From: Mustelus asterias
Lineage: Eukaryota
Reading direction: 5' to 3'
Assembly (NCBI RefSeq): GCF_964213995.1
Contig: NC_135804.1
Span: forward strand, 69,502,001-69,566,000
DNA: 64,000 nucleotides
The position numbers and the translations under genes were made by a program. Of the stretch, positions 38,423 through 51,079 are shown one piece after another; the first letter of the stretch is position 1, and the number at the start of each line of letters is the position of its first letter. The notes under the pieces were generated by a model. That model was not told the DNA's origin, made no database searches, and worked only from the letters and a program-made list of their open reading frames with translations.

Positions 38423-38480
38423 CTGCGTGAATAATGACGAGAACATTTACACATAGATGCAAAACAGCGTCCAGAAGCAT
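38423..38480 (-). CDS. IgSF V-C1 receptor, exon 1 (signal peptide MLLDAVLHLCVNVLVIIHA)
   Basis: ATG at 38480, 19 mostly hydrophobic codons plus 1 nt, then donor G|gtatgt (phase 1); in frame with the V exon across a 183-nt intron. Confidence 0.85.
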
Positions 38481-38929
38481 TTCCAACAATAAAAACTATT
38501 AGTTCGCTACTCGGTGAAACTTGAGCCTAGTTTATTACGACATAGCATACAAAATTAACTCGCCAGGTTAGGTACATGTGCTGTCCGTGTAGCGGATGAG
38601 GCAAGGCAACCGACGTGGGAACGATTAGTCCTGAGCATCATACGTTGTCAGCACATTTGAATAATTATTCGTGAATAACTGCAGAGCTTTGTTTCTGGGC
38701 TGATCAACCTAATGGTCGACGTGGAAAACGTGACAGGAATGGATAATTAAACTGATATTCATAATTAACTATAAGTGGCTGATAAAATTGAAAATATTAT
38801 TTCAGCACTGAATAATATTTTAAATTAGTTTAACCGGTTCACCATCATTGCTCAAGGCTATAGATGGTGAAGTTTGCGACAAATGAAAATTGACGTGCAT
38901 TCATGAAACAAATCGCATCGGGAAGTATA

Positions 38930-40480
38930 ACATATGAATTAGGAGCGGGAATAGACAATTCAGCCCATCGAGCCCGCTTCGCCGTTTACCATGGTCTTAA
39001 CTTGGTCTCAATTCCACTCCCCTGTCTGCTCCTTATAGCCCTTTATCCTGCTTTTTCGCAGAAATCAATCTATTTATTTCCTGAAGCAGTTGATTGATTC
39101 TGCATTCACTGCACTCTGGAGTAGTCAATTCCACAAATTCACGATCCTCTGAGAGAAGTAGTTTCTCCTCCTCTCAGTTTTGACTCTACCTGCTCTCACG
39201 CTATATCTGTGACATCTTGTTTTTGATTGTCCCACAAGGGGAACATCTGTTCAACGTCCACCTGACCATTCCCCTTTAGCATTTTGTATATGTCGATCAG
39301 AACCTCCGTTCTGAACTCCAGCAGGAACAAGCCCAACTGGTAACAAACTAACTGCGCTGAGGCTAATGCACGTGGGTGCCTGTTCCTAATTTCTGCGAAC
39401 CCTTCTCCATATAACAATAAAACCATAGATGTGTCCATTCGGCCCGTCCTGTCCATGCTGTCCCCTAGGTATCCTTTCTAATCCCATCTTCCTGCACACG
39501 GTCCATGGTGCTGTAGAGTACAGCACTTACAGAGCAGAAAAACGTACTTTTTAAGAGTTAAGGGTTTCTGCTTCTACCACAAACTCATGCAGCGAGATCC
39601 AGACACCCACCATGTTCTGCGTAAAAAAACCAGTTGCTTAAGTGCCCTCTAATCCTTCTGCCACTTAGCTTGAATCTATGACCCTTAGTTATTAAACTCT
39701 CTGCTAAGGGAAAGAGGTTCTTCCTATCTAGTCTCTTCCTCTATTCCTCACAAAACACCTCAATCCTGTCACCACTCAGCCTCCTCTGTTCCAAGGAAAA
39801 CAACCCCAAGCTCTCCAATCTCTCCTCGTAGCCGTGGTAGCCTTCTAGCAAATCTTCTCTGCAGTCTTTCCAGCGCAATTCCGTCCTTCCTTGAAAGAAG
39901 TGACCAGAACTGCGCACAATACTCCACTTGTGGCCTCACCAGTGTCTTTCACAGTCCCATCATTATATCCCGAGTTTTGTTATCTTTACCTCTGTCAATG
40001 AAGGAGAGTATCATATATGCCTTCTTTACAACCTTATCTACCTGTGCTGCAAATTCTAGTGACTCCGCATGTGCAAGCCAAGATTTCTCAGTTCATCTAC
40101 CCCTCTCAGTATTTTCCCGTGTCTTGTGTATTTTCTTTAGCTGTTTGACGTCGCACTGATCAGAGTTGAACTCTATCTGCCACTTTCCTGACCACTCCAC
40201 CAACTCACCTTTGTCATTTTGGACAGTTATCCTCTATCCGGCATTTTTCTGTTTCGCATGCAAATTTCCCAATTGTCTCCCAAATCATTAATTTTTTTTA
40301 AAAAATAGCTGTGGCTCCAGGACCGAGCTCTGTGGAACACCACTTGAAACAGCTTTCCATCTGCAAGTGCAGCCATCGACCATTATCATTTGTTTCCTGT
40401 TGCTCAGGAAATTTGCCACATTACCCTGTTTCCCATGTATTTTCTTTTACTTTTTTGACCAATCTACCGTTTAATCTCCG
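38930..40480 (-). mobile_element. Degenerate nested CR1 fragments
   Basis: CR1 3' UTR remnants and LIDIYKMLKG..VDVEQMFPL. Confidence 0.7.
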
Positions 40481-41099
40481 TCCATCCAATATTTTTTGTT
40501 GTAGCCAATAATTCCATCGTAAACTTGCCTTACTGGCACAGCCAGGAAGTAGCTCCATATGAAATAAAGACTACCTGACAATTTCATCCTCTGCTGTGTT
40601 GGGCAGTAAGCGCAGGAATGCAAATCACAAAGATTTGATCATTTGCATTTCCATTATTACTGCTTTCCAGCGCCATTGCTTTACAGAAGTTCACAATTCC
40701 TGCTTGAAACTGATGCATACCCAAAGCTAATCAGAGGGCACATTCAAAACAGAGCACACAATTGTAAACGTAGCCATACTGGCTATCGTCAGCACACATT
40801 GAAAGTAAAGCAATTATGACATTATGTAGGTGTGGATGTTCAGTATTTAAATATTTCCTTCAACTTCTAGCATCTTATGTCTTTTCAATACAATCGCTTA
40901 CCCATCCTAATGTCCCCGTGTAAAGATTGGCCAGCTGAATATAATAAAAATATGTTGCCATTTAGACAGGGTGGGTCCAATTATTAACACAAGGTAGGTT
41001 AACATACAATGTAGGTCAGCTTTGCATAAATCATACATTTTCATTGAATTTTAATACACGTTGATGCTCGAAAAATTATCTAGTTATCTGACGATATAA

Positions 41100-44000
41100 T
41101 ATGTAACTGCTAGTTCAGGTAAAGGGGAGCCAGTCAATGCAACGTGTCTGGATTAGTAAAGCAATATATAAGATGCTAATCAAGAGCGCAAGATGAGGTC
41201 TCACAGAATTAACTCAATGTATTCGCGTGAAGTAATGATGAGATAGGAAAAGGAAACACAATATTTTTATGTCTTTGATTAAGTGGGGCCAGGATCAGTA
41301 AAGGGGATTTAGCTATTTGCAATCTATTTCAATCATTTGGACAAAAAGACAGAGCAAAGTGTACCAACCTGATTGATGTAAAGTTAGAGGGCAATATAAC
41401 TTACAAGAAATGAACAGAGAGCACAACATTGGTCTAGATGGTTAAGTGAATGGCCAATAAGGTGAGAGGTGGAGCATAATGTAAGCAATTATGTGGTTAT
41501 CTTCTTTGATAGTAATAATATGAAAAAAGATTTTTTTTTAGAAGATAAGCTTAAAGTTTCGAAGTTTCAATGTTCAGAGAGATTTGGCAGTACTTGAGCA
41601 ATGAGTGCAGAAGGTTAGCCTAGAGACCATTTGCAGCATTTGCGTAATATTTGACACTGACATGAGCTTTAATCTTCATATCTTCATGCTTGTTAAGACC
41701 ATCCAATTCCTCCTGCACAATGTCACTGGACTTCACGTCGGCCCCGGAGTACTGATTTTGATTCAGTCATTCCCACATTCATTACCTCTTGAATTGTCTA
41801 TTCTGAAACATTGCACTCAATCTTTTCCATTATACCTCGATATACTTAAAGACATCCACACCTGTTCCCGTTGTGCTTCCATGCACCATCTTCTGTTCAT
41901 ATTTCACAACTGTGTCTGCTGGTGTACAATAGCTGCACCACAAGCAATGCTTGCAGTTTGAAATTCGCAACCTTCCTTCCCAATCTCCCCATGGTTTAAC
42001 GGTTCCACTATCTGCAATATTGTCCAGTATCACAAACTGTCGATATAACTATGTTTATACAACTAGAATACGAGAGGAAAAAAAATGTAAAAATAGACAG
42101 GAAGCATTTCGCCAAACGTAGACAAAAAAGAACGTAGCTAAGGCAAATATTGCTCTTGAGCTGTTACGAATTAATAATACAAACAGCGGAATGGCAAAGA
42201 CTTCTAACATGTGTTTATAACTGTCTCTAAGTTAGGGGAGAAAGCAATTATAGAATATTAAGAAAATAAAGAGTGGAAAGCGCTTCAGAAAATTCATAAC
42301 ATTGATTGTAAAAAGTAAATGCTTGGTCTGTTAATAAACGCCTGGTCCGCAACCTGATGGGCTGAATCCTAGGGTCTGGAGAAAATAACTGCGGAGATAG
42401 AGGAGACATTGTTTTTAATCTTCTACAATTCAGAGTTTTTGAAAAAGACCCATGTTATTGGCAAGCACATTCATTTGAAGAAAGGGTTAAGTCAGAAACC
42501 AGGGAATTATATGGCCTGATGTCTAAGATCTGTCATTGGGGAAATGCTTGAATCCATTCTCAATGAAGTAGCAGGAGGGCACTTAGAAAATCAAATCTGT
42601 CATGTAAAGTCAATATGGTTTTGTGGAAGAAAATCTGTTTTAGAAGACATTATTACATACAGTTCGTTGAGGAAGTATCACACAGAGTGCATGAAGAGGA
42701 ACATGTAAATGTAGTGCGCTTGGATTACCAAATGTCATTCAATATAATGTGCGGAAAAAAAATGTTGTGGACTCGGAAGGACATTTTGCTGCTGAGTCTA
42801 TTGTTTTAGCATGGTTGGATGATTAGCTAATAAACAGAAAACAGCATCGAGATCGTTGGGTCATTTGTAAATTGGTAACTTGTAACTATTACCATGGGGG
42901 CGGCACGGTGGCATAGTGGTTCACACTGCTGCCTCACGGGCCAGCCCAGGTTCAATTCCAGCTTTGGGTAACCGTCTGTGTGGAGTTTGCACTTTCTCCC
43001 CGTGTCTGCGTGGGTTTCCTCCAGTGCTCCGGTTTCCTCCCACAGTCCAAAGGTGAGTGGATTAGGTTGATTGGTCATGCTGAGTTGCCTCCTAGTGCCA
43101 GGGGGATTACGACTGTGAATATGTGGGGTTACGGGGATGGGATCTGGGTGGGATTGTTGTTGGTGCAGGCTTGATGGGCCAAATGACCTCTTTCTGTACT
43201 GTAGATTCTATGATTAAGTACTTCAAGGATCAGTGCCAGGGCCTCAACTGGTTACAATCTATATGAATGGCTTGGATGAAAGGTCCTAATACATTATACT
43301 CACATTTTCTGACCACGCAAGATAGGTATGAAAGTAATTGATGAGAATGATACAACAAATCTTGAAGTAGAAATAACCGTCATCACTGAGTGGTCCAAAT
43401 TGGCACATGGGGTAAAAAGTGAGTATGACCACCTGAATGGAAACTACATAAAAACATAAAAGGAGAAAAACTTCAGTGTTGTGTCACAGAGCGATCTGTC
43501 TTCGTGCATGTAGTCCGAACGGTAAGCATGCAGGGGCAACTAGTAATTATAAACGCAAATTCAATTTTGGTCTTTATTGCAAGGATGGACCATAAAATTA
43601 GGGAAGTCTTGTTACACGTGGGACAAGTATTGATCAAACTGCACCTGTGTTGGTGCGTAACCTTCTGTCCTCCTTATTTGAAAACGGATAATATTTGCTT
43701 TGGAGACAGTTCAGAGGAGGTTCCTTATTTTAATTCGTGAGTTGAACATTTGTTCATATGAGACACATTCGACTAGTTACTTCTATAGTTACTGAAACTT
43801 GAAAAACTGAAAGACGACCTTATGAAAAGAAAAAAAAATATTATGTGGGGTTCTGAAAGGAGGATGCCAACAGGACGTTTTCCTTCTTGAGCAATCTAGG
43901 ATAGGGGCACAGTTTCCAAATATGAAGCCATGAATTTGAGGTGGTAATGGGGAGGAATTTCTTCTCTCAGACTATCATTTATCGTGGGAATTCCCTGAAA

Positions 44001-44450
44001 CGTAGCACACAGAAGGTTGAATTATGATATGATTCGAGGCTTGAGGGATTTTTAATTAGAAATTGTTTGTACCGGAGAAAAGTCAGGAAAGTTGAATTAA
44101 GACCAGTCACATCAGCAATGACCGTATTGAATAGTAATGTAGGCTGGAGGGCGAAATGGCCTGGCACTTGCTCCTATCATCTTCTTATGCGCAGGTTCCC
44201 TTGAGCATTCATGGTTGACTGTTCTCCAACACTGATTGCCTTCCGTTCAGGTTCCTTGGCCCTGGACTCTGCATTTCCCACCCTAAATTTCTCCAACTTC
44301 CTAATTCTCTTTAATCTTTTAAGGGCACTATGAACTTAACTGCTTAGGGAAGCATTTGATCATCTGCCCTAATATTTCGTTATGTAGCTTGATGACGGAT
44401 TTGACCATGTAAATCAACTGCAAGGCATCCTGAGACATATCATTACGTTA
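41100..44450 (+). mobile_element. Highly decayed CR1/L2 LINE fragments with a V-SINE at ~42897-43215
   Basis: FVEEVSHRVHEEEHVNVVRLDYQMSF remnant; clear SINE head and core. Confidence 0.6.
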
Positions 44451-45009
44451 ACAGCATAGCATTACTCGTGATATACTGAATTTTCAATGTTGTGCATACC
44501 AAATTTAGTATTTATTCCACAAACTCTTGCATAGAAGAGAAAATACGGAGTTTGCATGAGCAACTTGATTGCCAAATTGCTCTCAGCGCAACAGTTCCGA
44601 GAAACTGGCAAAGGTATCAGCAGTTTTCAAATTTGTGTCATTTATAGTTTTAGCAACTGGGTAAACAAAGATTTTGCCGACGATTGGGGAAGTATCGCTA
44701 CAATTCTAAGTCTGCTGTGAGCCTATAGTTGTCAGCCCCTTCTGAATAGCTATGATCCTTTAATGCATTCTTACAGTGTTACAGAAGGGCACAGGCATCC
44801 GCAAAACAGAAATTCCCATATCATCATGTGTGGTAACAGGTGAAAATTTCAATCGGCTCAGCTTAAAGAGATTACCATCTATTCAGAATTTGCTGTATAT
44901 TTCATAAAAATTCGCATCAAATGGCACAGAAAGCATGGCAAAAATGAATATATTGAAGAAGACAGGGGCTATGACAGGCCGTGCAGCATACTACTTGTTG
45001 CATAAAAGA

Positions 45010-46000
45010 GAAACACGGAAACATAGAATATTGGAGCAGAATTAGGGCATTCGGCCCTTCAAGCATGCTCCATTTTCATTGTGACCATGGCAGATTACCC
45101 AACTCAATAGCCTCATCTCACTTTCCACCAAACACCTGCCCCACCCACCCCACCTCCCAAACACATATTTTGATTCCCGTCGCCCCAAGACTTGTATCTA
45201 ACTCCTTCTTGATAGCATGTAAGGATTTGGCTTTAGCGGCTTCCTATGGTAGAGAATTACTCAGATTTAGCACTCTTTTGGTGAATACATGTCCATTCAG
45301 CTCTGTCCTAAAAAGTTTACCTTGTATTCTTAGACTATGATCCTTCGTCACATATTCCCTCATCATCGGGAACATCCTTCCTGCATCTACCGTGCCTGTT
45401 TCTGCTAGAAGTTTGTAGCTTTCTATGAGATCCCCATTCCTTCTTCTGAACTCAAGCGGATATAGTCCTTACCGACTTAATCTGTCCCCATTTGACAGTC
45501 CCGCCATCCTGGTAAACCATCGCTGCATTCCCTCAGAAGCAATAACATTCTTTCTCAGATAAGCAGACTAAAACTGCGCACAATATTTAAGGCGTGGTTT
45601 CACCAAGGCCTTGGTGAATGGGCGCAAGACACTCCTGCTCCTGTACTCGAATCCTCTCACTCTGAAGGCCAATAAATCATTTATGTTCTTTAGCGTCTGC
45701 TGTACCTACATCCTTACCTTCAGCTACTGGTGTGCGAGGTCGCTCTATGCGCATCCCCTGTCTCAAATGTAACCATTCATATAATAATCTGCCTTGCTGA
45801 TTTTGCTACCAAAGTGAATAGCCTCACATCATCCACATTATAACACATCGGCCATGCATTAGCCTTCTCACTCAGCTTGTCCAAATCACAGAGCCGCAAC
45901 TCTGCATTTTCTTGGCAGCTCACCCTTCAATTGCGCTTCGTCTTGTGTGATAAATTGGAGAAATTACATTTAATTGCCTCTTCTAAATCATTGATGTATA
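45010..46000 (-). mobile_element. Degenerate CR1
   Basis: CR1 3' UTR and antisense ORF2 remnants. Confidence 0.65.
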
Positions 46001-46419
46001 TATACATATATATTTGAACTGTTTGTCAGGATATTTAAATCTTTCCAAAATACCTCTATGGCCTTATATACCCTCCTTTTTCCTGCCTGGGGAATATGTT
46101 CTACCCACTACAGATACAATAAGCAACGGGAAGGTTTACGCAGGAGGTGCTTTCGGTATATCATGGGAATTAAATTTCCCCCACACCAAAGTACTTCAAA
46201 AAGCGGATATGTATGTGTTTTGAGCAATTTTCATCAGGAATCAGTCCAGTCAAAGTGGACAGTTAGTATGGATAACTGGTGATAAAATCCCTTGGGCGAC
46301 CAAGTATTCGCGAAGTTAACTTCCGTTCTACCTGCAAAGTGGATCGGTATCAAAATTCGAGGTCTGATTTATGGTGAATCTCACCAACTATGGCATGGTC
46401 TGCACGCTTGGCGAAATTG

Positions 46420-46680
46420 CGCGAGGAAGTACTTCCTGGCAAGTAATCTAAAATAATGGCATTGTCTCCTTCCAACAGCAAATAATTCACGACGTTAAGG
46501 ACATAAGCATGAGAGATAGCGCTATCTGAAGAGAGATGTAATTATCTTAGTGGGACGAAAACTGTAGTGGAGACCACTTACGTAACACTACGAGAAATAC
46601 AATTGTGACTTTCTACAACATAACGACAATTAACGCACACAAGAAGAGCTGAACCAGTTTCGATTCCTCTGTGGTCAGCA
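46420..46680. promoter_or_regulatory. Candidate haematopoietic/lymphoid enhancer or promoter (ETS palindrome, GATA palindrome, EICE, RUNX)
   Basis: AGGAAGTACTTCCT 46424-46437; AGATAGCGCTATCT 46514-46527; TTATCT 46542-46547; GGAATCGAAA (minus) 46658-46667; TGTGGTC 46670-46676; lies in non-repetitive DNA. Confidence 0.55.
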
Positions 46681-49514
46681 GCTTGGACCCAATCATTCAA
46701 TACCTCCCAGATGTTTTACTTTCTTCAAAACAGTTAAAAAGATACTTCCGGTTTTTAACGTTCTTGCAGTCAGATACTTTAACAAAGTCATTGACCTACT
46801 TTTGATATTTTTACGATTTGCAGAAAGGGCAGCGACGGAGTTGACAGCTAGAATGGTAATATGAATGTCTGCAAAGATTAATACATAGCAAGATTTACTG
46901 CCTAAAGCTGAAGTGCAAATTGACAAAATTATGATATTATGGAGAGTCAGAATATAGAAATAATCGTTATGTTCGTCGAAGTAGTTAGATCAGAATTTTA
47001 TGCACCTTTATTACAAACTATTTCACATGGTGAATTATGTAGACGTTTCTAAGTTTCGACATTGTTGCTGTTAGCTGCCTAATATCTGTGCCTCATTTGT
47101 TCTTAACTTGCTCTACTTTTTGACACAGAGTGAAACAAGACTCTTCATTATTATGTAATATTATTTCGATAAATCTTTAAGATTTCACAATTTATAAATA
47201 TAGTGATACCTTCATCACCTGGAGTGTAAATTTGCGATTGTCTATTCATGACCTTACTGCTGTCGCGTAGCTTCATTCAATGTAGTTTTTTTTTGTAAAT
47301 GGGTTACAAGAAGTGAATAAGCTCACACGAGCTTATAGTGATCCATGGATTGCAAAGGCCACGTATCATTTCCCAAACACCGGCACGCTATCGTTCTTGA
47401 AATGCTATTCAGCAGTTGCCTTATTTTGCAATTCGTTACAGTGACATCTCCGTATTGATTATAACTTGTTTATTTTTTGATCTAAGTTCAGTTCTCAACT
47501 TGTTCCTGTCAATTAAAATCTAGTCGTCGCAAATATAGCGGACACGTCCATTTATCAATAATTTACATTTTTCCTCGTAATTCTGCTTTGCACTTTTCCA
47601 GTACGATCACCTGCTGTTTGTAATGGGCTGACGAATAAGATACCCAGAATTCTAAATTTGGAATACCCAGTGTTTGATCAATTCTACAATAACTTCCAGT
47701 CTTTTCAGTACTAAACACAATTATTCCCGATGTCTCCTGAACTATTTGCTCCGTTCCTTTAAGAGGTTGTTGATATGCACTCCAAGACCCAAATATCCCT
47801 CCACACCTGTTGGTGGTGGAGACAATGCGTGTCCCAACGCCTTGTTTGTCCTCGCAATTCTCCGTTTGATTTACAGAGCAGAATTTTACATGTTCCCGAC
47901 CAGGGTGCTAGGGGAGGGGGAAGCAAAATGGCATGGATGTCCATCTAAGTACCTACCCATCCATCCCAAACTGACCCTCTAATTCTGTGGGTGGGCGGAC
48001 ACCAAAATCGCCATGTACAAATGACAATTTTAAATCAATAACACGTCTTATGAAGCCGACCAAACCTAATAATATAATGACCACACCGTAAACCGTTAAC
48101 CTCAATGAATAAAGGGCGGGAAGAAAGGGGTTGCCACACTTCGGTGGCCGGCTTTTGCCTACAGCGGGTCGGCGCCTTCAGATTGATCACCAACTTCCTT
48201 CGTACCGCTCCTTTTCTTAGCCCCTTCCGCCCACCTCTAATCCCATGCCACCAACCCAAACCCATCCAATCCCCCCTCCACCCCCCCCCAACCCCCACTC
48301 CACCCCCGCACGCCATGCACTGCCCTTAACCTGAAGACTTACCTGAAAAGGGGAGTCCTCGGCTTCGGGCTCTTCTTCTCAGTTACAGTGGCGGCAGCTG
48401 CCATTACCCCATTACCAGCGCTGCCAGGGCTGGTAGAACTGCCGGTCCATTGGATTAGTAGGTAGCTCCAGAGGACGGACGCAAAGATGCATTTGGTCTT
48501 CGTTAATGAACCTTCTAGTGCTTTAATGCTGAGGGACTTTTCGGCGTGTTCTCACTCCGCTTCACGCCGACAAGGTTTGAGGGAGGCGCGAGGAATGGCC
48601 ACGTGCCTTCTGCCCACATAGCAATCGGGCACCGTTTGGAATTGTTCTCTCTCTATCCATTGCACAGGCGTGTTGGCATCACGTGCAACATTCATATATA
48701 TTTCCGCTATTTTCAAGTGCAAATAATTGCTGCATAAGTCGATAAGGAAACGATCTCGTAGGAGTTCTGTGGAACCCCTATCGAAAGAACAATCCAGTCA
48801 AAATAAAATATCTTGCCAACGTTTGCTTATTTTCAGTGAGGGAATAGTGCATCCCATTCCCCTGGGAATCAATGGTCTTTTACTTGTTTTGCCGGTCAAA
48901 TATTTCTTGAAATTAGGACGACTATATCAAACTCACCAATCTCTTCGACGTGTTGTTTTATTTCCTCGAAAAATTCAATCAATGTCGACAAACGCACATT
49001 TGTCTCAACCACCCCTCTGGGTACCCTTAATTAATCCGTGTCATTCGAAAACACAATGAGTAACGCGCCACAAAATGACTAATTTATTTGCCAGATACCT
49101 GGATGACACTGACGGGTCTGTCATTGCTGCCGCGAATGTTTTGTTTTAACAATGCTACTATGATAGAGGTACCATATTCCTTCTGAAAGACGCCTAAGGC
49201 GATAGAGAATTGGAAAATGATGTGCGGATCATTTGCTCTCTTCTCCATTGTTTCTGTTTGTAACCTTATAAATTTCATCCGCAGCATCACACCACGGTTA
49301 TCTGCACAGCAAAAATGACATTTCATGCATTTCCATATCTCGTACTTCATCTGGGAAATTACACTACAGTCATCATGATGGCAGTGTGTCTGGATTTTAC
49401 ATTCCTTGCACGATTTGAAATGTTTTTCCCAACGCAGGGCATGGCAAATGTAACATTAAAAGCAGCCGTCCTAAACGGGTCGTTGAGGGTCATTATTTTA
49501 GATATTCCTTTCGC

Positions 49515-50285
49515 AATCTGATGAGGCGGAGTACAGGAAAGAGATAGCGAATCCGATTAATTGGTACTCCCTCAATGCCAATAAAAGAAAGGAGATATTC
49601 ATCCACTTCAGGAAGTGTGCGTTAATGGGGATGAAGTGGAAGTCGTTCACAACTTCAGGTTTCAAGGTTTTCAGATCACCAACAATCTGGCCTGGTCCCT
49701 CCAAGCCGACGCTATAGTTACGAAAGCCTACCAACGCATTTACTTTCTCAGGAGGCGAGGAAATTCGGCATGTTCGCTGCGAATCTCAGTAACGTTTACA
49801 CATGCAACATTGGAAACACCTTTCCGGTTGTATCACAGCTTCGTATGGCTTCTGCTCTATCCAAGACCGGAAGAAACTACAAAGGTGCATGAAGAAGCCC
49901 AGTCCATACTCACATCCATTGCCTCCATCAACACTTCCCGCTGCCTCGGAAACGCAGCCAGCTAAATCAAAGGCCGCGAGCACCCGCATAACGAAAGACC
50001 CCATGCATCCCAGACAAGCACTTTTCCACCAACTCCAACGGGAGCAAGATCGAAAAGTCTGAGTTCAGGTACTAACCGACTCAGAACAGTTTCTTCCCGG
50101 CTGTCATCAGACTTTGAAATGGACCTGCCTCCTACTGAGTTGATATTTCTCCACTCCCTAGTTGTAACAGTAGCACTACATTCTGCACCCTCTCTGTTAA
50201 AGAGCTGATTTGTCTGTGTACAGCGCAAAATCCAAAACTTTTCTCTTTATACAAACACAGGTGACAATACTAAAACAAATCAACA
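49515..50285 (+). mobile_element. Rex1/Babar LINE 3' part, decayed
   Basis: NGDEVEVVHNFRFQG..ITNNLAWS..KAYQRIYFLRR, LSGCITASYG. Confidence 0.8.
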
Positions 50286-51079
50286 TGAAAGAGCAAATAA
50301 TACAACGAATACCACTGTTTTCTGCTATCCGTATATTAGTTTCATGTCCATGTTGCCATTGTAACTTTAATGCGGTGGTTTTCAATGAATCTAGGAAAGT
50401 TAATATCTGGCATCTTATAATAAGTCTGCCAAGCGTTCCTATATACAACACTACCACCATCAACCAATTCATCGAAATGACTGGAATGTCATGATTGAGC
50501 AATAAAGTTTTGGAACTTGCTCTATGCTGATCCTATCACACTCATCCCAAGTGGTCCATTAATCACAGTGACGGTAGTGACTATAGTGACCATAATGACC
50601 AGCGAAACGTTATATTTTCTCACTTGTGTTAATGAAATCTTACGGAGCAGCTTTGAAATCATTCCGACGGCACAGTCTGTATTTTTTGTGCAATTCGGGT
50701 TATCCTTAGTCATGTTCATGACCGTCTGATGGATGAAACGGTGCTTCCACACAATAACGATGGCAGCATTTTGGTAACGTAAAGAGCACAACAAAAGTAA
50801 AATATTTTGTTTCGGGCAGGAGTTCAAATCCAGCCAAGGCAACCCTTGGAATTTAAATTCAGATAAGGAATCATGCTGCAGTTAAAAAGTAATCATGAAC
50901 ATATATTCGGTTTGGGGGTTAGCAGACTGAGTGGAAAGTGAGAACTTGGTGCAATTATGAATTTCTTGGGGAGGCGTAATATGCACTTGTCAAGTTCGAG
51001 TGGAACTACCAACGATTCAGATTCTTAAATTAAAATCGCTGTTCAGTATATAGACATCGAATATTTACTTTGTTAGTTC

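Noticed and set aside
50197-50842. Hydrophobic short ORFs suggesting a GPCR or another TM exon
   Set aside because: No coherent motifs or splice support; an SDHN-like remnant suggests decayed LINE sequence.
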